Shown piece by piece: positions 1 through 13,058 of a stretch of 64,000 bases of DNA. The stretch's first letter is position 1. Every line of letters begins with the position of its first letter. The notes below the pieces were generated by a model. That model had not been told where the DNA came from. It searched no databases and worked only from the letters and a program-made list of their open reading frames with translations. Origin of the DNA: Phoronis australis (lineage: Eukaryota; Animalia; Phoronida); the NCBI GenBank assembly GCA_002633005.1, contig NMRA01000003.1, positions 1,854,727 to 1,918,726 of the forward strand. Reading direction: 5' to 3'. The translations under genes were made by a program, and so were the position numbers.

Positions 1-480
1 CAGAATTCTTAGGTAAAAAGGACTTACAAAATTGCAGACACGTTTTGATCCTAATAGAATAAAGAACAAATTCTAATTGGTGGTATTTAACAGCAAACTC
101 TGAAAAATCGAGATTTCTTAGAAAAAAGGCAGTCCCGTGATTACGAACATATTGGCATTGTTTTGGACAAATTATAATTTTGAAATCATCAAAGATTTGT
201 ATTAGTTTGGTGGATTAATCATTAATTCTTAAAAATTATTTAAAATTGTTCCTTGATATCAAAAGTAGTCAATTACCATGAATTGTGCTGCATACAGTAA
301 TCAATGGTCAAATGTCTTCAAGTATCTTTGATTTCTACCCATGATTCCTTGTTTTTGTTGAAGCGTTGATTAGCACAAGCACATTTTGAGCTTGAAAATG
401 ATGTCGGTGTTTGTAGTCGGATGGGTTTTTTTTCCGTTCACTTTTTTCATTAAGATCACATCTTCCACAGATGATAATCT

Positions 481-631
481 GGTCCCAGTTGTATGAAAGT
501 AATACACCATATAGCAATAATGACGTCACATTATCGTTCGCCACGTTGTTATTGTTGAACAATGCACCTGACGTCGTGCAACAATCAAACTTGTCCAGCG
601 GATAATTGTGAAGTTTTATGCAACCCAGCCC
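481..631. mobile_element. ~150-bp PIF/Harbinger-like MITE (copy 1; second copy at 44004-44155)
   Basis: Imperfect terminal inverted repeats (GGTCCCAGTTGTATGAAA ... TTTTATGCAACCCAGCCC). The internal sequence CACCTGACGTCRTGCAACAATCAAACTTRTCCAGCGGATAA is shared with 44004-44155. The superfamily assignment is an inference from the GG..CC ends. Confidence 0.55.
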
Positions 632-750
632 TGATCTGGTTTTAGTTAGACAGTACATTGATAATGAAACTTGAACCCATGGGTGGGTTTCATATTAGGG
701 GTCTCAACGTTATTAAACCTGTCTAAAATCTGTGCCAACTCTTTTTTCAG

Positions 751-3700
751 CTGGATACTTTCCTAGATTCACTGATAACCTATGACAAGGAAAACATCCA
801 CGAGAATTGCTTGAAAGCTGTCCAGCCCTATTTGAAGGATTCCAACTTTAACCCTGATCTCATTCGCACCAAGTCATTCGCTGCAGCAGGCCTTTGTGCA
901 TGGGTTATCAACATTGTCAAGTTCTACCAGGTGTTCTGCATGGTGGAGCCTAAACGTCAGGCACTAGCCGCAGCTAATGCAGAGTTAGAGGCTGCCCAGG
1001 AGAAGTTACGGCTAATCACAAACAAGATTTCACAGTTGGAAGAGACCTTGGGAAAATTGACGAGTGAATTTGAAAATGCCACTGCGGAAAAAATGCATTG
1101 CCAAGAAGAGGCTGATGCCACTAATAACACCATTAACCTGGCCAATAGATTAGTAGGGGGACTGTCTTCAGAGAAAGTGCGCTGGAGTGAAGCGGTCAGC
1201 ATGTTCAAGATCCAAGAATCAACCCTGCCTGGTGACATTCTTCTGGCTTCTGCATGCCTCTCTTACTGTGGTTGTTTCACACGAAACTACCGTCAGTCTT
1301 TGATGGAACAGCATTGGTTGCCTTACTTACAGGAGTTGACTGTGCCCATACCTATCACTGAGGGTATTGATCCCCTCTCACTGCTGGCTGATGATGCTGA
1401 CCGTGCTGTGTGGAACAATGAAGGCCTGCCTAGTGACAGGATGTCTTTTGAAAATGCCACCATTCTAACGAATGCCATACGATGGCCATTGCTGATTGAT
1501 CCTCAGCTGCAGGGAATCAAGTGGATAAAGAACAAGTATGGTTCTGATCTGAGGGTGATTCGCCTTGGGCAGCGTAACGCTCTGGACATTATAGAGGCTG
1601 CTGTAACTGGTGGTGAGGTGGTGCTGATTGAGAACCTTGGCGAGACCATAGACTCTGTACTGGACAATGTGGTGGGCCGTAACACTGTCAAGAAAGGTCG
1701 CGCGATAAAGATCGGGGATAAAGATGTGGAATACAACAAGGACTTCCAGCTCTTACTGCATACCAAGTTAGCTAACCCTCATTACAAGCCAGAGATCCAG
1801 GCTCAGACAACTCTGATCAACTTCACCGTGACCAAGGCTGGTCTGGAAGAGCAGCTTCTTGCTGGTGTGGTGTCCAAGGAACGTCCAGACCTTGAGGAGC
1901 TGAAGCTGGAGTTGACCCACCAACAGAACCACTTCAAGATCACACTAAAGGAACTGGAGGATTCACTGCTGGCACGGCTCTCATCAGCTGATGGCAACTT
2001 CCTGGGAGATGACACATTAGTGGAGAATCTGGAGACGACCAAGTTGACGGTGGCTGAGATAGAGACTAAGGTAGATGAGTCAAAGAACACTGAAGTGAAG
2101 ATCAACGAGGCACGGGAGAACTACCGTCCAGCTGCCGGCCGGGCTGCTGTACTCTACTTCATACTCAATGACTTGTACAAGATTCATCCTATGTATCAGT
2201 TCTCACTCAAGGTATGGAGTACAATCATTACACCCACCACAGTCACCACTCAGACCACACCCACCACAATGGCTACACTTGCCATAGTCACTACACCCAC
2301 CGCAGTCAGATCACCCACCACAGTTGCCTCACCCACCACAGTTCAGTACACCCGCCGCAGTCACTACACAACCCCACATTCAGCACACACGCAACAGTTA
2401 CTATACCCCCCTCCCCACAGTCACTACACCCCCACACTAACACAGCCACTACACCCGCCACAGACATTACACCTGCCTGCCACAGTCACAACACACCCCC
2501 ACAGTCANACCACAGCCTCCATATCCCCCACAGTCACCACACCCACCACAGTCACCACACCTGCCACAGTCAATGCACCCGTTACAGTCACTACACTACA
2601 TACCCCTCAGTCTCTACACTCCTCACTGTCACTACACCCACTACAGTCACTACACCTCCACTGTCACTTCACCCACCACAGTCACTAAAACGTACCATCA
2701 CAGTAGCCACACCCACCAGTCACCATACCGACCACAGTCACTACACCTGCTACAGTCACTGCACCCGCTGCAGTTGTTACACCCGCCACAGTTGCTTTGC
2801 TTATCATAGTTCCTGGTGGTCACCACATTCCACACAGGTGCCTCACTCTCCAGTCATCACACTTGTCAACTACTACACTCGACAGTCGCTGCAATCGCCA
2901 CATTCCTCACAGTCACCACACCCACTACATTCTCCATGGCTCATTCATGTGTGACTAGAATTTAGCAGTGAATAGGTCTCGTCAAGGGCTAACTGAAGTG
3001 CATTGTTTGTTTGTGTTTAAAGGTACCTGAAACATATTGTGGATCATGACATTTTCTTGTCCATTCTGTCTGACAGTGTATGTCTTACTAGTGCTGTTTT
3101 TTCCACAGGCTTTCAACGTTGTGTTTAAAAAAGCTATAGAAAGAGCCGAGTCAAGTGAAGATGTCGCCCACAGAGTTGTAAACCTGATCAACAGCATTAC
3201 ACTCAATGTATTCCTGTACACCAGGCGAGGACTATTTGAACGAGACAAGCTCATATTCTCTACACAAATGGCACTCACTGTAAGAAGTATACAAATATTC
3301 TGCATTATATATGATGCGAACATGCAGTAGGCATGTGAGCAGTTTGCTGTATTGAAGCTTTTAAAACACTTTTGCAGGACCTATTCAGAGGATGTAACTT
3401 TAATGTAATTGTGGAACCTCAAAACAAGTGCAGTAGATCCAGTTACGTATACTTAATTAGAAATTATCATATTTACAATGTAGGATTAATGTATTTGATT
3501 TATCCTGACCATTGTACCTTCAGTGTTTTCTGCTAAGCCTTGTTTTCTCTATTTACTATAGATCCTGACTGAGAAAGGTGTGATTGATCCCGTTGAGCTG
3601 GATTTCCTGCTGCGTTTCCCTGCCCAACAAAATGTGGAGTCACCTGTTGACTTTCTCAGCATCGTGTCTTGGGGAGGCATCAAAACTCTGTCGGAGATGG

Positions 3701-6700
3701 AGGACTTTCGTGGTCTGGACCGCGACATTGAGGGCTCGGCGAAACGCTGGAAAAAGTTTGTGGAGAGCGAGTGCCCAGAGAAGGAACGACTGCCTCAAGA
3801 GTGGAAGAGTAAACCTCTTATGCAGAAGTTGTGTATCCTCCGATCTGTCAGGCCCGACAGAATGTCTTATGCAATGAGGTTGACATTTTAAACTTAGCAT
3901 TATTCATGAGGAACTTTTGTTCAAATACTGGTGACTGAAAGAGTTTTTGATGTTCTCAAACCACTTGTATCAAATTCTTATACCTTTGTGAAAGAAAACA
4001 TATCGCGTGACATCAGTACAAAGTTGATATTTGGTTGCTATCATTAAAGCACTTAAAACCACCATTCACCATCTTTTGACAAATGGCAACATTGTGAACA
4101 TCATTAAACTTTCCTTTATGGCACTGTACATCACCACCATGAATTCAATAGCCCGAAAACAAGAAACCTGAAAAAAGTAGAAATTGGTGATTTTAAGCAC
4201 TTTAAATCAATGTCTTCTCAACATCACTTTGCTTCATTGACATCCTTTTGCCAAAAGAAATCTGACATCTAAAAGACATTTTTAATAGTTTTTGGTCATG
4301 ACCAAATGTAATACTAAAGGGGCCAAGGGGAATCCTGTGTGCTGATGTAGTCCATGTTAACTCACACGTCTAACCCACCCACCTCTGACTGAAATAATAT
4401 CACTTTTTGGTTCCATATGAGTGTACTTAAATATTCTCATTAACTGTGTTGGCCATCCAGTGTCCCCATTTAGTTTTTTGCTACCACCTCATCATCGAGC
4501 TCCCCCTTGTGTCAGCTGGGACGGCACTTGCCAAAGTATACCTTGTGTGTGTGTGAGAGAGCTTGAAACCTGTTAACAGTTATTGGGGTCTGTATATCTG
4601 TGTTCAAATGGCGAACATGGTTTGTCCTAATTAGGTTTTTTAATCAGGTGCTAGTCTTATGTGTATCTCCAAATTGGTTTGTTAAGTTATCAAATTTGTT
4701 ACAAGGTTTTTTTTTATCTTAAGTGGCTTAAATTTACCGGACTTGTAAGCACCTCAGTGGGAAGTCTACTTTTGTAATTAAACATTGCTTGTGATCATAC
4801 TCAAATGGCATGAGGAAGCTCTGGCATAACTGCTTCCACGTTATGAATTCTCTCACCTTCTGAGTGACAGCTAGCTCTCCCTGTCTACCAAAGTGGAGCT
4901 TAATTGTAAGAATGCTTGGACTCTTGACAAAGCATCTTGCTTTTCATTGTTCACAGTCAATATTCTGATTGCCTCTTGTTTTACATCTGATTCTTGGTAC
5001 ATTGAATTCAGAGATTTCGTTTCGGAGATGCTGGGCATAGTCTATGTCGAGGGCCGTCACGTGACTTTCTCCGAGTCGTTTGAGGAGTCCGGACCTGCCA
5101 CACCTATCTTCTTCATTCTATCCCCTGGTGTTGACCCTCTCAGTGGTAAGACACACCCTTATAATCTTAAAGAGTTTTACAAGTGAAATGTACAAGGTTG
5201 CCATGGTATTTTTGCTACGAGCACCATGAGAGGCAGCAAGTTTTCCTTAAGATATCGTATGTCAAACAATGCATTGCATTTGCACTTAATTGCCCTAGTA
5301 GACAGTCTTGGTTGTATTTGGTGGCAACTTTTAATGTGTGGTCACCTACGGGTCATCCCTGACGATGTCTTGAGGGAAAAACCTGACAATTTTACTGTAT
5401 GTGTGAAAGAACTGACCTTTTTATTGCTTAAAACTAGGCTCTACATGTTGACTTGGCACATCATTTTATTCACTGAGAATAGCCACGAGCAATAACAAAC
5501 TGTCACTTCCTATATTGCAATAACAAAATTCACTTTTGAATTTTGCATTGTCTTGGATATAGTGATACTTAAAATATTTAATTTTAAATAGAAGTAGGCA
5601 TTTTAATGTGCTGCCAACACAAATTAAATTCTCACATTTTGTTGGCAGTATGGTTTTTAGAAGAACAACTAACTTATGGCCAATCGTAAGTAAAACGAAA
5701 ACACTTGAACAAGTTGAATAAGTTACAAATGGCAATGGTTAATTTCAGATGTTGAAACACTTGGAAAGAAGTTGGGATTCACTGCTGACACTTGCAAGTT
5801 CCACAATGTGTCTCTTGGACAGGGTCAAGAGGTGATAGCTGAAGAAGCGTTGGCCACTGCTTCCTCACAAGGACATTGGGTAGTGTTGCAGGCAAGTCAA
5901 TGGAATGTGACTGCAACAAAAAGGGTGAAATAAATGAGGTTGGATGTCCGCATATTCTGCGACTGACTGAGCAGACAGCATGGTTTTTCTTGGCAATCTC
6001 TTGAGTCAAGACTGCACCTCAGTCTTTGTGATTTTATTTTTTTTCTTTGCACCTCAGTCTTTGTTTTTTTCTTTGGATTATTTTTTTTTTCTTTGGACTG
6101 AAGCAGTCGTTGTCTAGGGATCTAACTGGATTCAGTTCGATTTCAAGTGAAAAAAATAGATCTTGGTCACTGGACGGTCTTGCTGAGGACTGTCAGCAAT
6201 AACTGGTGTATCTTTTGTTGTTGCTACAGTTATGACAAGTCATGATGATGCTTTCAGAATGTGCACTTGGTGGCTAAATGGCTGCCTACGCTTGAGAAGA
6301 AACTGGAGCACTATGGTGAAGATGGCCATCCTGACTACCGTGTGTTCATCAGTGCTGAACCAGCTGTAATGAATGAGAACCACATCATACCACAGGGCAT
6401 CCTGGAGATGGCAGTCAAGATCACCAATGAACCACCAACAGGGATGCATGCCAACCTGCACAAGGCACTCTACAACTTTGACCAGGTCAGCTGACATATT
6501 ACTTCTTCTCAATGATTCTAACTTTAAGTGATCAAAATGTCAGAATTAGGACACGAATTGCACAGCACAAGCAGTTGACACACTCAAATCTTGATCAATA
6601 CATTCACTTAATTGTTTAATATATAGCAGTATTTTCCGTGTTGTTGCCAACAGGACACTTTGGAGATGTGTGCCAGAGAGACAGAGTTCAAGGTCATCCT

Positions 6701-8776
6701 GTTTGCTCTGTGCTACTTCCATGCCATTGTCTGTGAACGGCGCAAGTTTGGTCCACAAGGCTGGAACCGTATCTATCCATTCAACACGGGTGATCTGACT
6801 ATCAGTGTGAACGTACTGTACAACTACCTGGAGGCCAATACTAAGGTGCCATTTGAGGACTTGCGCTATCTGTTTGGAGAGATCATGTATGGAGGTCATA
6901 TCACAGATGACTGGGACAGAACACTGTGCAAGACTTACCTCCAGGAGTACATGGTGCCTGAAATGGTAAGGTAGTAGACTGGCTGCTTGTCGTTGGTTAA
7001 CGCTTGTTGGTAGCAAGGTATTGCACTGATGGGTAATGGTTACAAGTATTGCTCTTTTGTCATCAAATTATGTTCACACACCATGCATAGATTACTCAGT
7101 CGACAGTACTGTGCACCACCACCACCACCATCATTATCTTAATGCGTGTCACATATACTATTTACAGTTGGAGGGTGAGCATGCTCTAGCGCCTGGATTC
7201 TTTTTACCACCGAACTTGGATTACAAAGGTTACCACAACTACATTGATGAGGAGCTGCCTGCTGAGAGCCCAACACTTTATGGACTCCACCCAAATGCCG
7301 AGATTGAGTTTTTGACGAAGGCATCTGAAACATTGTTGAGAACTGTGTTTGAACTGCAGCCCCATGTATCAGGGGCCGTAGGATCTTCAGGTGCTAGTAG
7401 GGATGAAATGGTGAGCACTGTCAACACACTTTTTGTGCCCTGGTATACTTATGTGGGTGCCTATTGGCATCTGGCATCTTAACCTCTTCCAAGGTCTTTA
7501 TCAAGTTTGGCAGATGTTGAGCTGATGACAGATTATGACGACTTTATGACGGATCTGTGTTGTGCACCCTGAGCAACAATTTTAATTAGTTTTCTGCATT
7601 TGCCTCTATCTGACAAGTTCTTCAATGATTTTTAGGAACATGATGCGTTGTTCACCAACTTGGTCTGTGGTAACTTTAGAGTGAGTGCTGAAAGGCAGAC
7701 AAATTACATTAAATGAAACTGTGCATAATTATTACTCAAAGTGGCTCAATTTGTAAATGGACAATGACTTGGAACAGACCAGAAGCAATTAAATTTCTTC
7801 AATTGTTAGGTCACATGAAATATTAATGTTTCAGATCAAGGCTAAAATTGATGAAATCCTTGAAAAGTTGCCAGAAGAGTTCAATATGGCTGACATCATG
7901 CTGAAGGTTGCTGTGGAAATTAGGACTCCATACACTGTGGTGGCGTTTCAAGAGTGTGAACTGATGAATTCCCTTGTGTCTGAGATTAAAAAATCACTAC
8001 GCGAATTGGATCTTGGACTGAAGGTAACCTTTTATTGCGTACATTATTTGGCTCTCCACGTACAAGTTCAAATCATGATTGTCATGTTGCTGTTGTCCTG
8101 TGTTTTTATGTATCTCATTGGAAGAATGGTCCCCTTCATTTAATTGCTGTCATTTCAGGGCGAGCTGACCATCTCTGCTCACATGGAAGAGTTGAGTAAC
8201 TCTTTATTCCTTGATAGTGTGCCAGACAGGTGGACCAAGCGGGCCTACCCTTCACTTTTTGGCCTGGCTCACTGGTACTCAGACCTACTATCCCGTGTTA
8301 AAGAACTAGATTCATGGACCACAGACTTCTACCTGCCAGCTGCAGTCTGGTTAGGAGGCCTGTTCAATCCACAATCTTTCCTTACTGCCATCATGCAGCA
8401 GATGGCTCGTAAGAATGAATGGCCTCTTGACAAGATGTGCCTGCAGTGTGATGTCACTAAGAAGCAGCGTGAGGATATGCAAGCACCACCAAGAGAGGGC
8501 GCATACATATCTGGTCTTTACATGGATGGTGCCAGGTGGGACATCCAGACAGGACTCATAGCTGAAAGCAAGTTGAAAGAACTGGCACCAGCGGTACCAG
8601 TCATCTTCATCAAGGCTATTCCTGTTGACAGACAGGACACGAGGAATCACTATGCCTGTCCTGTATACAAGACCAAGATGAGGGGACCCACATTTGTGTG
8701 GACATTCAACATGAAATCTAAAGAGAAACCCAGCAAGTGGATTCTGGCCGGGGTGGCTCTACTGCTACAAGTTTAG
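751..8776 (+). CDS. DNAH9: Axonemal outer-arm dynein heavy chain, beta type (DNAH9/DNAH11/DNAH17 group); C-terminal part (stalk, AAA5, AAA6, C-terminal domain), 5' end lies upstream of the window
   Basis: Exons read by hand, frame-consistent: 751-2211, 3109-3279, 3562-3878, 5012-5145, 5749-5891, 6258-6485, 6654-6965, 7168-7410, 7835-8023, 8159-8776 (TAG). Dynein motifs include [117 protein letters not shown] and C-terminal [13 protein letters not shown]. Orthology to the vertebrate paralogues is one-to-many, so the symbol is indicative. Confidence 0.95.
2225..2935 (+). repeat. Degenerate ~18-bp C/A-rich minisatellite (ACAGTCACYACACCYRCC-like) in a dynein intron
   Basis: Dozens of CACAGTCAC(C/T)ACACC units between the donor at 2212 and the acceptor at 3108. 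This explains the Thr/Pro/His-rich ORF tails. Contains one N at ~2507. Confidence 0.85.
4044..4205. mobile_element. Short non-autonomous TIR element with TTAAAG...CTTTAA ends (Kolobok/Crypton-like MITE)
   Basis: Left end TTAAAGCACTTAAAACCACCA versus reverse complement of right end TTAAAGTGCTTAAAATCACCA; TTAA at both ends. Confidence 0.45.
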
Positions 8777-8966
8777 AAGACTTCTCAAATTGACATGGAT
8801 GCTAATATGGCGGATATAAACATTTATGTACATTAGTCACTTATTCTGTTTATTCGTGTTTTTGAAGAAATTCCAAAAAGTGCATTTTGTTAAATTTCTT
8901 GGTTCTAAAGTCTTCAAGTTACATAGCTAATAGTTGATTGAATGTCACACTCATCAATTTTGATTC

Positions 8967-8972
8967 AATAAA
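8967..8972 (+). promoter_or_regulatory. Candidate polyadenylation signal of the dynein gene
   Basis: AATAAA ~190 nt after the TAG at 8776. Confidence 0.55.
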
Positions 8973-9056
8973 ACAGGGTATATTTACCATTCACAGGGTA
9001 TATTTACCATTCACAGGGTATATTTACCATTCACAGGGTATATTTACCATTCACAG
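8973..9056 (+). repeat. Perfect 20-bp tandem repeat x4 (ACAGGGTATATTTACCATTC)
   Basis: Identical units start at 8973, 8993, 9013 and 9033. Confidence 0.95.
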
Positions 9057-11149
9057 CTTCGCTTCAGATCACTAAAATCAATGTCTCTCTTTGTACTTCG
9101 AATTTGATCTCTTTATTTCCCATTCTTCAAAAATTTGGACATGTGTATGAGGATTTCATTTTTACTGGTTTCCCGTTAGGCTGACGAGTCTCATATACAT
9201 ATTTGTATAAATTTGAAGGCAGGCATGTTATAAATAAATGCAGTTTAACTGTGCCACAGTTTTACTGATTCCAAAGAATAGCTTTGCAAACTCAGTATGG
9301 CAACATTCAGGATAAGGGTCATGCATTCAACACAGAAGACAGCTAAGCTCCTGTGATTTATTTCCAATATACCACTTTTCAATGAGGAACCCAGTTCAGG
9401 TAAAAATTGGCGGCCACATGATGATCATCCAAGGGTTGGAGTTTGGTAATGCGATCACCTAGCCCATTCAGTCCATCTGCTTGGGCCGAGTCACTTATGT
9501 AAGACATCTCATTATGTCATAAAGTTATAGGTGCCTATTGACTGTTGGCAGCCCAGCCAGATGGCTCTGTATAGGGTTGGCAGGGAATGGAATAATTGAA
9601 ACTTGCGTTTCAGTTTACAAATTTAACTGTGGTTTGGCTTTAATTTTTACCAGTACTAGGTTCATCATGTAACCCAGTATGTACCTAGCTTCAGTCCAAA
9701 AACTAAATTTGGACTGGTTATTCACTTGATTTCTAAGCTTGCAATGAGCTTACACTGCTGGAGTCCTTGCTGGCTTGCCACATTAAATCATTACAGGCCA
9801 AGCATACTGTAAGCTCTTTCCAACCCCACAAATCACTTCTCACCTGAGAAAGAAAAAGCCGAGATTTTAGGCAGAAAATGATGTAAATGAAAACCTTGTC
9901 TCTTTCACGGAACGCTGGTTAATTATTAGAACTAGTGAGCTCAATAAAACTTGTTTTTTTGCATTATTTCATGGTTTTTGAAAATGAACTTCAAGTGTCA
10001 GAAAATATTTTTATTAACACAACAAGCAAATCATTACAAATTTGCAAACAGCCCTCAATATAAAGTCACATATATGGCTAGTTAAAATACATACAATATC
10101 ACTTAACTACCAATAAGTTGTTTGCCAAAATAAGGATTATTGCAGACATTTGACTTTGAAAAACTGGATGATAACTTCAGGATCCAAGTATCGCCCAGGA
10201 GGAATAATTTGATCCAATAGATAGAAACCTGTTTTGACATATAAAACAACAAAAGTTAGATTACAAACTCCACTTAGTTTTATGGCAGAACATGGGAGCA
10301 TAGCCAAATTGAAAATAACGAGCTAAACAACCACCTGAACACTGGACTTGTGATCTTTAACACTCTGGAAAGATTCCAGACAGTTTTTAACCCGGCAAGT
10401 TAAGATTTTTTCACAATTACACGGACGTGCATCAAGTGGATTTCACCAGAATGTTTTAAGAGAGTAGTTTCTCTTTTGTTGCAACTGTTCACCTCAATCA
10501 TAAGTTTGGCTCAATATTCACAAACGGGCACTAAGGTTGAAAGTCCAGTCATTACCGAAGATGGTATTTGACATGTCACTGCAAATGCAATACTACGCTT
10601 ATATCAGAGTGAAATGTTGCAACTAATGTTGATAACTTTTCATGTTTGGACTGAATGACAACCTTCAAAAACCGCGTTATGTACTGCAAATTGAAACGGA
10701 AGTTAGAACCATGTTTGCCAAGTCAAGACTTGCAATCTGCCTCAGATGCCCATTCAGCAGAAAAAAGGTTGGTTGTCTGCTACAAACGCATGCTGTCGAA
10801 ACTACGTTACATTTTATTATATATTCAAAAGCAATTATTGGTCGCCTAACCATAGTTTAAGATTCTCATTTATCCAGAGGCAACTTCACCAACACGTTCG
10901 TTGTAACAGAAGTTAGTTGTAACCAAATCAACGTGTATACCATCCAGTAAAGTAGGCTAGGGACTTGTGGAATTGAACGTTTTAAGTGAGCAAACACACA
11001 TAGTAACAGTTACACTCTTAATACCAAGAGATTCTTGATATTGACAATGTGTTCCATTACCAAAAACATTTATTTTCCAATAGACATTTTTGGAAAGAGG
11101 GAGGCGTTGCCTGTGCAATGGATCCTAGGAAGTCATTCCCTCACAACAG

Positions 11150-11390
11150 ATGAAAGACCTACATTCCCAGAAAACAGGTGGCAAGAATAAATATGTCCCA
11201 CATATCTACTCAAGGCGAACATAAAGGAAAATTGCCACTAAGGGACACACCAGTGGTCAAAAATGTCAAAATGCTTGCTCGTGCCATACAACCCAGCAAG
11301 GGGTTTTGGAGATACACAAGAGGATTGACAGACGGGGACGACAATATAAAATGCAGATGGTGCCCCCCCCCCACCCAGGAGCATAAATTG
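11150..11390 (-). mobile_element. Fragment of a Helentron/DINE-1 (HINE)-like interspersed repeat
   Basis: AAATTGCCACTAAGGGACACACCAGTGGTC core shared with 13970-14880 and, inverted, with 61386-62665; GACAGACGG microsatellite remnant and GAGCATAAA terminus. Confidence 0.45.
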
Positions 11391-13058
11391 TCCTTTCTTT
11401 TTGCAGTTATATAATTATCCATTCATACTCCATTCCGAGAGGTCCACATCAATTGTCCTCATTGCCTAACCGAACTTTAAATATGCCACTGAGTATGCTT
11501 TCATGCTTGCCAGTAGATGTCACTTGTTGCACTTTGCTGTCTGTTGATGGCAGTGTAAATCTGGAGTCATCTCAGATATTCTGTCGCCCACACAGAGGCT
11601 GGTGTTTTTACATTGCGCAAGGTCCATGTCAAACCACCAAGACCACTAGGAAAATTGAACATGTTAACTTTTGGCGGTTTTCCCTGGTCCTCACAGTTAA
11701 TTGTGGATTCTTGAAAATGGTCGAGTACCAGAAAACACCTCAGTAACAACTTCAGTCTTATGACCGAGTAATGTTTACAACACATGTAATACACAGAACA
11801 TGTGCTGTCATACATAGTCAATGTACAAAATCACAATATGGTTGGTTAACAACACAAGACAACATTTCTAGCTAGGACAAACAAATTTGAATCCTTTTTA
11901 CAAAAAGGAATATGATACAATTAGTTCCGATAAAATTTTCTTGCATGTGAAAGCGATGCATATTTGAGCAGTTCAACAAAGCATAATTTAATTAAGAGTT
12001 GGGAATACATACATGACAATTTAAATGAACACATACCAGTACGAATAGCTAGTGACTAGATAAAGTAATACATACAAATGATTATACATCTTATTAAAGA
12101 CAATTTAAGCCGCAGGGTGATTATGAAGTGAATGTGACTAAACGTTTTGCTAAAATATCTTCAGACTGAATAGTTCTACCCATACCTCATGTAGATAAAT
12201 GTGTAACCTTAATGCCTTTGAACGTCCACTTCACATCAAGTTCACTCATCCTTGTAAATGCCCACCCCTTAATTTAAAATAACTCAAACACCCATGCTCT
12301 CGGTTATAGGCCTCACGAATTCTAACATGTCATCCATGTTTTTTTTAATTTCACCAACTAAAAACCAACACCATTCACTAACTGGATACTTTTAATTGAT
12401 TGTACATCCAGGTGTTTTCCTCAGCTCTTAAATGTGAAGTAACACATATCAATGCAACAATCTGAACATCATTTAATAGGAAAGCAATTACTGGTTTTGT
12501 TGACATTACCCTAATAAAAAATACAGAGCCTTGGAGAATAAACTTGTCTGCATTAATTTCTGCATGTCTGACGCATATTTAATAACTAATCAACAACAGA
12601 AACAGAGTGACGTGGACGGCTGAGCAAAGAGCCCAAATCTTGGTTCAGCATTCACTTCCATTGAGCAAACATAAACCACTATGTTTAACAGTGAGTCACT
12701 AAAAACATCTTTTCAAGCACAAACGCAGTTTAAAAACCACTTTCTGACATTCACGTTTCTCAATTTCAATGCTCTGGGCGTTAACAAGGACGAACAGTAA
12801 ATAACGGTGGTAGACTGAGTAATCACCCGTGTTAACAGGCTAATGAGAATAGCTCTCTCAAACCATAAGAGCAACTCACTTAAAGAGTGCTGCACAATGA
12901 TGGTGCTTGTATTTGAGGGTGCTTAAAGTCTTCTTCAGCATCTTATTTGGCCCAATTCCTCTTCTTGGTACCACCTCGTATGATAAACCTTGCTTTGAAC
13001 ATAACTAGTTAAAAACGTCTGATAGAATTTGCCTTATGTAAACACAAGGCGCTGGGTG

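Noticed and set aside
957-2105. Antisense ORFs overlapping the large dynein exon
   Set aside because: Shadow ORFs caused by codon bias on the coding strand; no independent protein features.
2212-2954. Thr/Pro/His-rich mucin-like extension of the dynein ORF and overlapping His-rich ORFs
   Set aside because: Read-through into an intronic minisatellite. The dynein splices at AAG|GTATGG (2211) to 3109, restoring YQFSLK-AFNVVF.
8973-9056. CRISPR-like appearance of short direct repeats (also 32439-32560, 38176-38501, 45001-45157)
   Set aside because: The units are head-to-tail with no unique spacers, there are no cas genes, and the DNA is eukaryotic.
9060-13050. Possible additional gene between the dynein and GID4
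   Set aside because: Only short ORFs without recognisable motifs or consistent exon structure; likely 3' UTR, intergenic DNA and repeat fragments.
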